A DNA stretch of 64,000 nucleotides, from the IMG/VR virus record IMGVR_UViG_3300029548_000183. One strand, written 5' to 3'. Shown piece after piece: positions 29,417-39,287 of this stretch (position 1 is the stretch's first letter; each line of letters opens with the position of its first letter). This stretch comes from a virus. Lineage: Duplodnaviria > Heunggongvirae > Uroviricota > Caudoviricetes. The position numbers were made by a program, and so were the translations under genes. Under the pieces are notes generated by a model. That model did no database searches, was not told the DNA's origin, and saw only the letters and a list, made by a program, of their open reading frames with translations.

Positions 29417-29444
29417 AATTATCCAGACATAGGAGGAGATAAAT

Positions 29445-29795
29445 TTGAAAAAGAAAGAAATTCGAATTGGAGAAGTAGTATATTTTTTAAATAAGGAACA
29501 TGATTGTATTGACCAAGGAATTGTTAAACACTTCTATGAGGATGGAACCTGTCTTGTAAGAAAAGAAATAGGCGGATTGTACAAACCATACCATTATTTG
29601 TACAAAACATTTTCAGAGGCAGAAAAAGAACAGGCTAATTGGCATAAAATACAATATGCCAAATATAAGTCAGAAATTCATGATCTAAAAGATTTGCTTA
29701 TTTTCATGCTTCACAATATGGATGCCTCAGAAAATGAAGTTGCAAAAAAAGTTTCAGTAGATTGCATAAAGGAACAACTTGGAATACAGCTATAA
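29445..29795 (+). CDS. hypothetical protein (TTG start)
   Basis: RBS AGGAGGA 7 nt before TTG 29445. Confidence 0.45.
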   Translation: MKKKEIRIGEVVYFLNKEHDCIDQGIVKHFYEDGTCLVRKEIGGLYKPYHYLYKTFSEAEKEQANWHKIQYAKYKSEIHDLKDLLIFMLHNMDASENEVAKKVSVDCIKEQLGIQL

Positions 29796-29850
29796 TTTGA
29801 AAAACATAGGCTTGAAAGAAGAACAACATTCCTTTACTTAAACATTATGA

Positions 29851-29880
29851 AGAGTCACAATTTAGTGGCTCTTTTTTTTT
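29851..29880 (+). terminator. intrinsic terminator (AGAGTCAC family)
   Basis: AGAGTCACAATTTAGTGGCTCT followed by a T9 run. Confidence 0.6.
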
Positions 29881-29975
29881 AGCAAAAAAAATGAATATTA
29901 TTCCTTTTTTTATTTAATTATGACTTTAATCCCATATTTTTTGTGTAATCAAAACATTAATAGGAGGTATTTTTT

Positions 29976-30383
29976 ATGACATACTTATTGAGTGAAAGAA
30001 CAATGGAAACAAACTTAAACAAGATTGAAGCAGTTGTAGACTGCACAATTGACATTACGGAAATTTACCATTCCATGGTGGAAAATGGAGAGGTAAAACC
30101 AATAAAATCCAAGGAAAAAACCAGAGAAATCATAAAGAATATTGCACTTGATTTTTCAGAAATCTATCCTATAAGAGAATATTGCATTAATTATGATGAA
30201 AAACTTTCTGAATTTGCAAGAAAAACTCTAATTGAAAAATTAAACAATGTAAAAATAATTACAGTTAAAGTTAACATTGAAAAAAGCAATGATGAGTTAT
30301 CAGAAAAAGGGGAAGAAAGCGTTGCAAAAAATGTAATGGATATAATTAATAATGCAGGATTAAAAGGTTTTACAACAATTTAA
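29976..30383 (+). CDS. hypothetical protein
   Basis: RBS TAGGAGGT. Confidence 0.5.
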   Translation: MTYLLSERTMETNLNKIEAVVDCTIDITEIYHSMVENGEVKPIKSKEKTREIIKNIALDFSEIYPIREYCINYDEKLSEFARKTLIEKLNNVKIITVKVNIEKSNDELSEKGEESVAKNVMDIINNAGLKGFTTI

Positions 30384-30395
30384 GGAGGTTTCTTT

Positions 30396-30740
30396 ATGGA
30401 ATTAATGGTAAATGAAATAGTTAAAGCTCCTAAAAACATTGATGTTGAAGAATACTTGGATTATATGGGTGAAGAGTTTTCTGAATATCTTAAGGATAAT
30501 AAAAAGATAAAATTCTCAGAAGCTTATGAAAAACTTAAAGAAATTTTTTATGATTATGATATGCCTTTGGATTTAATTGATTTCACAAGAAATTTCAATG
30601 ATACTAAAAAGATGGAAACAATGGAATTCACAATTGGGCATACATATTTTTGCTATACATTCATTTCATTAGAAGACATCCAACTATTAGAGGAAATTCC
30701 AGATAACATGCCGGGAAAATGGTGCATTAAAAATTCATAA
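30396..30740 (+). CDS. hypothetical protein
   Basis: RBS TAAGGAGGT. Confidence 0.5.
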   Translation: MELMVNEIVKAPKNIDVEEYLDYMGEEFSEYLKDNKKIKFSEAYEKLKEIFYDYDMPLDLIDFTRNFNDTKKMETMEFTIGHTYFCYTFISLEDIQLLEEIPDNMPGKWCIKNS

Positions 30741-31249
30741 AAAATAATGAAAATTAGAAGTCACAATGTGGCTTCTTTTTTTTGCTCAAAAAAAAAGAAG
30801 GCAATGCCCATATTAAGGAAAAGGAAAACAAAATAAACAAAAAATAAAAATATGAAAGGAAATTCAAGAAAAATGCAAGAAGAAAAATCAAACAAAAAGA
30901 AACAAAGGAAACAAAAAAAATTAAAATCATAGACGTATTAATGTTTGGCTTCGCTTATTCGATGGTTGCTGTCTGCTTATTTATTTTATTTATTCTTTTT
31001 TTTTCTATAAAAAATGCTCAAAAACACAGAATGCAAAAATTTTAAAAAAATCAAAAAAAGTAAAGTAGACATATCAGGTTTTCGAAATCTGAAAAACATC
31101 AAAAAAGCATTAATAAAAAATTAATAAAAAAGAAAGGGCATGGCTAATGAGAAAAAACATAAAAAACAGGGGTCACCCATCCCCCCTGACAAAAAGATGA
31201 AGATTATTTGTGTACATTGAAAATTTAAACAAGGAGGAAAGCCTTTCAA

Positions 31250-32776
31250 ATGAAAGGTATAAAATATTTTATGATAAAAGCAATTATTATTGGTGTTGCA
31301 GTAGTATTATTTTTAATTCTTATTTTAACTAGTTATGTTAAGGCTCCACCAAATATGGCATATGTAATTTCCGGATTAAAGAAACATCCAAAAGTATTAA
31401 TTGGAAGAGCAGGAATTAAGTGGCCAATACTTGAAAGACTTGATAAATTATTATTAGGTCAGATTACAATTGACATTAAGACTGAAGGATACATTCCAAC
31501 AAGAGATTTCATTAACATTCAGGTTGATGCTGTTGCAAAAGTTAAGGTTGGAAATACAGAGGAAATGATGGCTCTTGCAATGAAAAACTTTTTAAATAAG
31601 AATTCTGATGCAATCATTGAAGATTTACAGGATTCACTTCAGGGCAATATGCGTGAGATCATAGGTACTCTTGATCTTAGAAGCATCTGTAATGACAGAA
31701 ATGAATTTGGTAACATGGTGCAGGAATCTGCAACTAAAGACATGGCAAAATTAGGAATTGAAATCATATCATGTAACATTCAGAATGTAAATGATGAAAC
31801 AGACTTGATTGTAAACATGGGTGCTGACAATACTGCTAAAATCAGAAAAGATGCAAGCATTGCAAAAGCAGAAGCAGAGAGAGATGTGGCAATTAAACAG
31901 GCAGAGGCAGATAAGGCTGCCAATGATGCAAAAGTAGCATCAGAACTCGAAATTGCTCAGAAGCAGAATGAATTGGAAATCAAGAAAGCAGAGTTAAAGA
32001 AAGTTGCTGATGCAAAGAAAGCAGAAGCTGATGCGGCATATGAAATTCAGCAGCAGGAACAGAGAAAATCAATTGAAATTGCTTCATCAAATGCAGACAT
32101 TGCAAAACAGGAAAGAGAAGCAGAAAAGAAAAAACAGGAAGTATTGGTTAAGGAACAGGCTCTTGCAGCTGAAGTCAAGAAGACAGCAGAGGCAGAAAAA
32201 TTCAGAAGACAGCAGGAAGCAGAAGCTGAATTATTTGAAAGACAAAAAAATGCTGATGCACAGAAAGCAGAAGCAGAAGCTAAAAAATATGCTTTGGAAC
32301 AGGAAGCTGAAGGTATTAAGGCAAAAGGACAGGCAGAAGCTGAGGCAATCAAGGCAAAGGCTCTTGCAGAAGCAGAAGGTCTTCAGAAGAAAGCAGAAGC
32401 AATGCAGAAGTATGGTGAAGCAGCAATACTTGAAATGTACTTTAAATCATTGCCTGAAGCTATTAAAAATGCAGCTGAACCACTTGGAAATGTTGAATCA
32501 ATTACAATGTATGGTAATGGCAACAATGAACAGATGGTAAGTTCAATTATGAACACAGTAACGCAGGTTAATGATGGTATTAAGGGTTCAACAGGACTTG
32601 ACATGAAATCTGTACTTGCAGGTGTTCTTGGAACTAAGGCTCTTTCATCAGTTGCATCTGATAATAATGAAGATGTTGATGCTGATGATCAGAAGAAAGA
32701 AGAAAAAACATCAAAAGAAAATGCTAAATATACAGAAGTTGTAGAAACTGTTAAAAAAGAAAAAACAGAAGAATAA
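31250..32776 (+). CDS. flotillin-like SPFH protein (FloT/YqiK-like)
   Basis: N-terminal TM, SPFH core, then a long Ala/Glu/Lys/Gln coiled coil with EA repeats. The ORF-track entries embedded at 32004-32604 are frame artefacts. Confidence 0.8.
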   Translation: MKGIKYFMIKAIIIGVAVVLFLILILTSYVKAPPNMAYVISGLKKHPKVLIGRAGIKWPILERLDKLLLGQITIDIKTEGYIPTRDFINIQVDAVAKVKVGNTEEMMALAMKNFLNKNSDAIIEDLQDSLQGNMREIIGTLDLRSICNDRNEFGNMVQESATKDMAKLGIEIISCNIQNVNDETDLIVNMGADNTAKIRKDASIAKAEAERDVAIKQAEADKAANDAKVASELEIAQKQNELEIKKAELKKVADAKKAEADAAYEIQQQEQRKSIEIASSNADIAKQEREAEKKKQEVLVKEQALAAEVKKTAEAEKFRRQQEAEAELFERQKNADAQKAEAEAKKYALEQEAEGIKAKGQAEAEAIKAKALAEAEGLQKKAEAMQKYGEAAILEMYFKSLPEAIKNAAEPLGNVESITMYGNGNNEQMVSSIMNTVTQVNDGIKGSTGLDMKSVLAGVLGTKALSSVASDNNEDVDADDQKKEEKTSKENAKYTEVVETVKKEKTEE

Positions 32777-32791
32777 TTTCTAGCAATACAT

Positions 32792-32828
32792 AAGCCTTCT
32801 GCCCATAATGGGCAGGGGCTTTTCTTTT
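32792..32828 (+). terminator. intrinsic terminator
   Basis: GCCTTCTGCCCATAATGGGCAGGGGC hairpin followed by TTTTCTTTTT. Confidence 0.6.
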
Positions 32829-32921
32829 TGTAAAAAAACATAAAAGACATACCAACAACCATATTAATATAAAAGGAAAAATTTATTTTTTTTCAATAAA
32901 ATGTAGAAAGGAGAAGAAAAT

Positions 32922-33317
32922 ATGGATTATTCTTATGCAGTGGATTCCTACTATTCTTATGGTACAGGACCAACAGTATCACCAGTATTTACAATTGCAT
33001 ATTGGATAGTATTAATCATTTCGTTGGTTGCTTCCTGGAAATTAATTTCAAAGGCAGGAGAACCGGGATGGAAATGTCTTATTCCAATATATAATGTATA
33101 CATAATGTTCAAGATTGTGTATGGTAATGGTTGGAAATTCTTTTTATTGTTAATACCAATTGTTAACATTGTGATTGCCATTAAGTATGTAATTGACTTG
33201 GCTAAAGCTTATGGTCAAAGTACACTTTTTGGTGTTGGAATAATTTTTGTTCCATTTATTTTTCAGTTAATATTAGCATTTGGTGATTCAGAATATGAAG
33301 GACCATTAGGAAAATAG
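32922..33317 (+). CDS. small polytopic membrane protein
   Basis: RBS GAAAGGAGAAG; 3-4 TM helices. Confidence 0.5.
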   Translation: MDYSYAVDSYYSYGTGPTVSPVFTIAYWIVLIISLVASWKLISKAGEPGWKCLIPIYNVYIMFKIVYGNGWKFFLLLIPIVNIVIAIKYVIDLAKAYGQSTLFGVGIIFVPFIFQLILAFGDSEYEGPLGK

Positions 33318-33391
33318 TATTTTGAAAAGAAGATTCTTATTAAAAGCAGATAAGGTCTTCTTTTTTTTATGAAATTTCAAAGCATATTTTC

Positions 33392-33407
33392 AACCATATT
33401 ATAAATG
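33392..33407 (+). promoter_or_regulatory. conserved promoter-proximal motif AACCATATTATAAATG
   Basis: Followed at 33427 by AAAAACACAGTTGCAAAAAAT and a hairpin-rich leader before infC. Confidence 0.5.
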
Positions 33408-33575
33408 TGGCAAAAAGTAGTCAAAAACACAGTTGCAAAAAATGAGCAAAAACTTGTTTTTGATATAGTATTTGTCAAAAGGCAGTCCACGGTTCGGCTC
33501 CGTTAGGCTAAGTGGGATGAGCAGATACATTTCCAACTGCCAATAAAACTAAAAATTAAGAAAGGAAAATTTTTA

Positions 33576-34070
33576 ATGAAGAAAATTTTTTCAAATTATG
33601 AAATCAGAGAAAAAGAAGTTTATGTGGTTAAGGACAAAATGGAAGGTCCTGTACTAAAAAAAGAAGCAATGAAAGAGGCTCAGGAGCAGGAACTTGATCT
33701 TGTTCAGATTGCAGTCAAGGATGGAGTTCCAATCTGCAAATATCTTGACTATAACAAGTATGTGTATGATTTAAAGAAAAAAGAAAAGGGAAACAAGCAT
33801 AAAAAACAGGAAGTAAAGGAAATAAAGATTACTGCAAACACAGAAGAACATGACATAAAAATTAAGGAAAACAAAATAAGAAAAATGCTTGAAAAAGGCT
33901 GTGAAATTAAAATAACAATGATGTTTCGTGGCAGGGAAAAGGCTAACAAGAAATTTTATGTTCCTAAACTTGAATCAATGGTTGAAGACTTAATGGATGT
34001 TGCAGTTGTGTCAAAAAAAATAAAAATTACTGATTACAATGCATTTGTGATTCTTAAATCAAACAGGTAA
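33576..34070 (+). CDS. infC: translation initiation factor IF-3 homolog
   Basis: By-eye alignment to bacterial IF3 over its full length: ..IREKEVYVV..ELDLVQIAVKDGVPICKYLDYNKYVY..QEVKEIKITANTEEHDIKIKENKIRKMLEKGCEIKITMMFRGRE.. Confidence 0.8.
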   Translation: MKKIFSNYEIREKEVYVVKDKMEGPVLKKEAMKEAQEQELDLVQIAVKDGVPICKYLDYNKYVYDLKKKEKGNKHKKQEVKEIKITANTEEHDIKIKENKIRKMLEKGCEIKITMMFRGREKANKKFYVPKLESMVEDLMDVAVVSKKIKITDYNAFVILKSNR

Positions 34071-34083
34071 AAGGTATTTCATA

Positions 34084-34866
34084 ATGAAAAAAAGAAAAAT
34101 AATATTTTTAACAATTGCATACACAATGCTAACATCTTTTGTTGGTTGTCAAAAAATAAACATAAGGTCTCCAGAAAAAACTGAACAGACAACAGAATTT
34201 TTTTCTGCAAGAGAGACTGAATTAATTACACAACCAATAATAAACATAAGTAGCAAGGATAAATCAAAACCAAAGAAATTTAAATACTTAAATATAGAAG
34301 AAACTCCAAAAGAATTAACGGTTGAATCGTATGATGGTTCATGCAAGTTTCTGATAATTCCTGATGAATCCAATGAATTGCCAGTAACAGGAATTACAGG
34401 TTCAGCATTTTTTGGAAGTAAAGCAGGATTTAAGTATGTGATTTTTGGAAAGAACATAAAAGAAATAGGTAAAAATGCTTTTTGCCAACAGAAAAATTTA
34501 AAATACATTAATTTTAATGATTGCTTGGAAAATATTGATGATGCTGTTTTTTTATCAACAGGTCTAAAAGGAACAATAGTAATTCCTAACAGTGTTAAAT
34601 ACATAGGTAATGGTGCATTTGCTGACACAAAAATAGAAAACATAATTGTAGGAAGTGGTGTGAAAAAAATATCAGCAGTTGCATTCAGTGTTGGTCCAAC
34701 ATTAAAAACAGTTACATTTACGAGCATGAACATTGAGTTTGATGATGACAATAAGAAAGATGGAAACATATTCTATGGTTGTCCAAACTTAACAATTATT
34801 GCACCAATAGGTTCAACAGCAGAAAAATATGCCAAAAAGCACAACATTAGCTTTAAGGAATTATAA
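34084..34866 (+). CDS. lipoprotein with BspA-type leucine-rich repeats
   Basis: Signal peptide with lipobox FVGC. Repeats ..IGKNAFCQQKNLKYINF.., ..IGNGAFADTKIENIIV.. and ..ISAVAFSVGPTLKTVTF. Confidence 0.6.
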   Translation: MKKRKIIFLTIAYTMLTSFVGCQKINIRSPEKTEQTTEFFSARETELITQPIINISSKDKSKPKKFKYLNIEETPKELTVESYDGSCKFLIIPDESNELPVTGITGSAFFGSKAGFKYVIFGKNIKEIGKNAFCQQKNLKYINFNDCLENIDDAVFLSTGLKGTIVIPNSVKYIGNGAFADTKIENIIVGSGVKKISAVAFSVGPTLKTVTFTSMNIEFDDDNKKDGNIFYGCPNLTIIAPIGSTAEKYAKKHNISFKEL

Positions 34867-34951
34867 AAATATTTGGAAAATAAGAGTGTACTTTTGTGTA
34901 TACTCTTATTTTTTTGTCATTAACACCCATTTTATAAATGGAGGTGATTTT

Positions 34952-35560
34952 ATGGGATACATGATATTCAATGTGTATGCTAAACACCATCAAAAATGGA
35001 TGGATAATTTTACATATACGCTTAAGTACACAAAAAAAGGGTTCTACTTCGTTTTCAAGGTAAAAAAAGAAGACATAAAAAAGATTAAAAGAGAGATAAG
35101 AAAACATCATTTGAGATATGCAATGTATGAGGAAAAATGGGAAAGATCAAGTTCCTACAGAAAGAAGTTTTTTAAGGCAAATAAAGGTCCATACAGATGC
35201 CGTTATTGTAACCAAATTCTAAAGAAGGAATACCTTGTGGTTGACCATATTTATCCAATTGCAAAAGGAAAGTATAACAAAGAAAGCAGAAAATTACTAA
35301 ATCTAAGAGGAATTGAAAATGTTAATGATACAAGAAATCTGGCAGCAAGTTGTTTTAAATGTAATGAAAAAAAGGGAGACAAACTTGGGCTATGGTACAT
35401 AAGGGGACTACTTGGACAATATGACTGGTATTGGAAAACATTAAAAATTTTAAAAATTTTGATTATTATTGTAATTATTTTAAGCCTGATTTTCATTTTT
35501 CTGCATTTTTCCAACCTTAATTTCCACTTGCAAAAAATTATAAAAAATCCATTACGCTAA
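34952..35560 (+). CDS. HNH endonuclease with C-terminal transmembrane anchor
   Basis: RBS GGAGGTGA 7 nt before ATG 34952. HNH core CRYCNQ..VVDHIYPIAKGG-like..N..NL..SCFKCNEKKGDK. C-terminus ILKILIIIVIILSLIFIFL is hydrophobic. Confidence 0.7.
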   Translation: MGYMIFNVYAKHHQKWMDNFTYTLKYTKKGFYFVFKVKKEDIKKIKREIRKHHLRYAMYEEKWERSSSYRKKFFKANKGPYRCRYCNQILKKEYLVVDHIYPIAKGKYNKESRKLLNLRGIENVNDTRNLAASCFKCNEKKGDKLGLWYIRGLLGQYDWYWKTLKILKILIIIVIILSLIFIFLHFSNLNFHLQKIIKNPLR

Positions 35561-35596
35561 TATCTTTTTATGATTTTTTAATTTTCATAAAAAAAC

Positions 35597-35612
35597 AACC
35601 ATATTAGATATG
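35597..35612 (+). promoter_or_regulatory. conserved promoter-proximal motif (AACCATATTAGATATG variant) upstream of the cas12a-like gene
   Basis: Same cassette motif as elsewhere. Confidence 0.45.
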
Positions 35613-35641
35613 AAAACCAAAATGATAAAAGGAGATAAAAA

Positions 35642-38600
35642 ATGGATAATTTTAAAAATTTTACGGATTTAAAACAGAAACAGATTACAATCTGTCAGAA
35701 ACTCATTCCTGTTGGAATGACAAGAAAAAACATTGACATTTTTAATGCAATGGAAAGTGATGAATATGTCTCTGAAAATAAGGGTGAAATCAGAAAGTTA
35801 ATTAAGCTATTGGCCAGAGAAAAAATGGAAGAAGGAATAAGCAAGGCAAAATCAAATTTAAGTTTTACAAAACTTCTTGGCTTGATGAATGAGTACAATG
35901 AAACTGATTCTGAATATAAGATGGAAGTCCTTGAAAGACTCTTTGATGAAAGAGTAAGACTTGCCAACATTATTGCATCAGAATTTAAGACAAAATTTTC
36001 CTGTGCTGACACAATAACTACTCTTCTTCCTGAATATGTTAATGAACATTTCAATGGAAGTGAAAAGGAAGAATACCTAAACCTTCTTGAAGAGGTTAAG
36101 AAACATCAGGCAATGTTTAACAGGTTTGAGTCAAACATTGACAACATGTTTTCACCAATGCTAAAAAAAGGCTCTGTTGTATACAGAATGTTGGTTGAAA
36201 ATACTCAGATATTTCTTAATAACAAATCAAAAACTGATAAGGAAGATTTTAAGAAAATCATTGATTTGTCAGAACTTGATGATGAAACAAAAAGCATCAT
36301 CATCAAAAGATGCATTGACATTGATGAAGAGTCATATGCAGAAGTCCTAATTCAGGAAGACATTGACGGATACAACTATTGCATTGGAATGCTTAATAGT
36401 GAAAGCAAGATGTTTTGTGATAAAAACAAATTAAACTACAAGGACTTTGAACTTAAAAACTTATATAAGGCAATGCTCTGTGAAAAGACTGCATTCTTTG
36501 AAAAAATTGATTCATTTAAAAATGATGAGCAGATTGTGGATTCCTACAATTCATTAATGTCAAACATTAATGCAAAAAACATTGCAAAAACATATGAAAA
36601 GTGCATGGGACACATGGATGGAATGCACATAAAACCATCAGTTCTTTCATTTTATTCTAATGTTGTGTATGGCAAATGGAATGTTGTAAGAAACTGCATA
36701 AGAGCCTACTGTCAGGATGAAATGAATTCAATAAAAAAGAATAAAAAGAGTCTTGATGATTATTATGAAGCTTTCATTAAGAAAGGCATAACAATTAACC
36801 AGATAAGTAACATTGTATCATCATATGCTGAAGAACTTGAGCTAAAGGTCTTTGAGAAAGATTTATCAGATACAATATACAGTTATCTTTTACATAAATA
36901 TGCATGTGTGGAAGAGGAAAAAACTCCATTGAAGTCTGATGAAAGCAAAAATGCAGAAACAATCAGGGTTGAACTTGAACATTGCATTCAGGCATTAAGG
37001 TTACTAAAAATTTATGACACTGAAAATGACAATCTCAATGAAGAAATGAAAACATTGATTGATGAAATCATTGATGAATTGTCACCTGCCATATTATTGT
37101 TCAACATGACAAGAAACTACATAACTGCAAAACCTACTCCAAAGAAAAAACTTGCATTGACATTCAATACTGCAAGCTTTGGAGGAGGGTGGAGTGAAAG
37201 TGTTGAAAGTTCAAAGAGAGTGAGTTTACTAAAGGATGATGAAGGAAACAAGTACCTGATGATATACAACATAACAGGATGTAAGGCTAACAATGTTTCC
37301 ATGGTATCAGTTACGGAAAAAGTAAAGGCGAATTTACTTAATGACAAGAAGAACATTGACTGTTACAGAAAACTTGTATACAGTGCGGTTCCTGATGCAT
37401 TAAAGGACATATCAAGACTTTTCATTAACAAACTTGAAGATGAAGAAATGATTAAACGCTACAAGAATAAGGAACACAAGGAAAACAGGGAATTTCTTAA
37501 TGAACTGATAAGTGTCTTAAAGAAAAAGATTAATGAGCATCCTACATGGTCAAGATATGGCTTTAAGTTTAGGGATGAATACGATTCCTTTGATGATTTT
37601 TGCGATGACATTAATAATCAGGGCTACTATGCAAAATGGAAATACATTCCAAAGACAGTAATTGATGAGTATGTCGAAAATGGATGCATTTATCTGTTTA
37701 AGATTTACAACAATGATTATAGTGCATACAAAAAGGCAGGTTCAAAGGTTAAAACCCATACAAGATACCTTGATTACTTATTTAGTGATGAAAATGAAAA
37801 AACAGATCTCATCAAATTACTTGGAGGTCTTGAAGTATTCTATAGAGAGCCTCAGATTAAGAATCCTTATGTACATAAAAAAGGTAGCATTCTTGTAAAC
37901 AAGAAATACAAGGATGGAACAATCATTGGTAATGAATATAAGGAGTTATTTAAAAAGGCACAGACAACAAAACTTGACAATGTGTATACAAGAGCGTGTC
38001 CATATGACATCATAAAGGACAAGAGATATACAATGGAACAGTTTGAAGTTCATTTTCCAATATTGATTGGTAATGACAATAATCCTGAAAATTTCATTGA
38101 AATGAGTAAACACTTTGTTGAAAATGCAAAGCACACGGTTGTTGTTGGTAGAAACAGGGACAATCTTTTATATGTGTCTGTTTATGAGGAAAATGCCTTA
38201 ATTCATTCAAAATCACTTAATAAAGTAAATGGAACTAATTACAAGGATAAGTTATTCATAATTGAAGATGCAAAGAAAAACAATGCAAGAAACTGGAAAA
38301 CAATAGGCTCAAATGATGCATTGCTGACAGGATACATTTCAGCAGTAATAAAAGATATCACAGACCTTGTTCTTAAATACAATGCAGCTCTCGTCATTGA
38401 AATGGGAAGTAACTTGGCAAAAGACAGAAATCTCTTGCCAAACAGAGTATATACAAAGTTTAAGGAAGCACTACTTCACAAATTGGAATTTCTAATTGAT
38501 TCAGAAAAGGCTGATGATGAACCGGGTGGATTATTACATCCTTATCATTTGACTGAAATTAATAAGAAAAATCCAAAGAGAAGTATTGATACTCCACACA

Positions 38601-39181
38601 ATGGAATAGTGTTACTGGTACCTTCATTTTATTGTGGTTTAACTGATCCGGAATCAAATCTTTGTAATCTTACTTATGCAAGAACAAAAAAGGAAAAGGA
38701 AGAGGTTCTTAAAAAAATTAAGGGATTTAAGTACAATAAGGAAGAAAGTATTTTTGAATTTGTTTATGACATGTCATTATTCAATCCTAACATGAAAGGA
38801 AAGTTTACTTGTACAAGCAATGGAGACAGACTGGTTGATACAGAAAATGATAAGGTGGTAATGGACTTAACACATTATATTGAAGATAAGTTAAAATCAC
38901 TTGGAATCGAGTATAAGTCAGGAAATGAAATTAATCTCATTTCTGATGATGGGTTAACAAATGAAACTTTATTTAACTGTATTAGATACACATTACAGAT
39001 GAACAATGGTAATTTCTTCATTTCTCCTGTTACGGGATTTTGCTATACTTGTGATGGTTGTTCAAACATTTCTTATAATAGAAATTTGTACAACAGATCA
39101 AAACTGGTTAAGGAAAACATAAAGAGTGGAAAGAAACTTAAGTTCATGACAATCAAGGACATTTACAAACCTCAGTCTTAA
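35642..39181 (+). CDS. cas12a: Cas12a (Cpf1)-family protein; RuvC and Nuc catalytic residues appear substituted (predicted nuclease-deficient)
   Basis: Cas12a hallmark blocks found by eye: QKLIPVGMTRKNI (WED-I), RNYITAKPTPKKKLALTFNTASFGGGW, GCIYLFKIYNNDYSAYKK..THTRYLDYLFSDENEKTDLI..LEVFYREPQ, YDIIKDKRYTMEQFEVHFPI, and the RuvC-II block YNAALVIEMG with Glu retained. The RuvC-I position reads TVVVGRNRDNLLYV where IGIDRGERNL is expected. The Nuc block reads TLQMNNGN (Arg replaced by Asn). No DADANGAY-like RuvC-III motif is present. Confidence 0.85.
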   Translation: MDNFKNFTDLKQKQITICQKLIPVGMTRKNIDIFNAMESDEYVSENKGEIRKLIKLLAREKMEEGISKAKSNLSFTKLLGLMNEYNETDSEYKMEVLERLFDERVRLANIIASEFKTKFSCADTITTLLPEYVNEHFNGSEKEEYLNLLEEVKKHQAMFNRFESNIDNMFSPMLKKGSVVYRMLVENTQIFLNNKSKTDKEDFKKIIDLSELDDETKSIIIKRCIDIDEESYAEVLIQEDIDGYNYCIGMLNSESKMFCDKNKLNYKDFELKNLYKAMLCEKTAFFEKIDSFKNDEQIVDSYNSLMSNINAKNIAKTYEKCMGHMDGMHIKPSVLSFYSNVVYGKWNVVRNCIRAYCQDEMNSIKKNKKSLDDYYEAFIKKGITINQISNIVSSYAEELELKVFEKDLSDTIYSYLLHKYACVEEEKTPLKSDESKNAETIRVELEHCIQALRLLKIYDTENDNLNEEMKTLIDEIIDELSPAILLFNMTRNYITAKPTPKKKLALTFNTASFGGGWSESVESSKRVSLLKDDEGNKYLMIYNITGCKANNVSMVSVTEKVKANLLNDKKNIDCYRKLVYSAVPDALKDISRLFINKLEDEEMIKRYKNKEHKENREFLNELISVLKKKINEHPTWSRYGFKFRDEYDSFDDFCDDINNQGYYAKWKYIPKTVIDEYVENGCIYLFKIYNNDYSAYKKAGSKVKTHTRYLDYLFSDENEKTDLIKLLGGLEVFYREPQIKNPYVHKKGSILVNKKYKDGTIIGNEYKELFKKAQTTKLDNVYTRACPYDIIKDKRYTMEQFEVHFPILIGNDNNPENFIEMSKHFVENAKHTVVVGRNRDNLLYVSVYEENALIHSKSLNKVNGTNYKDKLFIIEDAKKNNARNWKTIGSNDALLTGYISAVIKDITDLVLKYNAALVIEMGSNLAKDRNLLPNRVYTKFKEALLHKLEFLIDSEKADDEPGGLLHPYHLTEINKKNPKRSIDTPHNGIVLLVPSFYCGLTDPESNLCNLTYARTKKEKEEVLKKIKGFKYNKEESIFEFVYDMSLFNPNMKGKFTCTSNGDRLVDTENDKVVMDLTHYIEDKLKSLGIEYKSGNEINLISDDGLTNETLFNCIRYTLQMNNGNFFISPVTGFCYTCDGCSNISYNRNLYNRSKLVKENIKSGKKLKFMTIKDIYKPQS

Positions 39182-39287
39182 TTTTAACAAAGTCAAAATT
39201 ATAAAAGAAAAATGAGTGAATATACCCAAAATCATTGTGATTATGTACTTTTTTCATAAAGAAAATTGTGCATAATCACAAGATAAG

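Noticed and set aside
32004-32604. ORF-track entries inside the flotillin gene: + strand 178 aa (32004-32540), minus strand 101 aa (32047-32352) and 73 aa (32383-32604)
   Set aside because: They lie within the GCAGAAGCAGA-type repeats that encode the EA-rich coiled coil. The low-complexity alternative frames have no RBS and are entirely embedded in a well-supported gene
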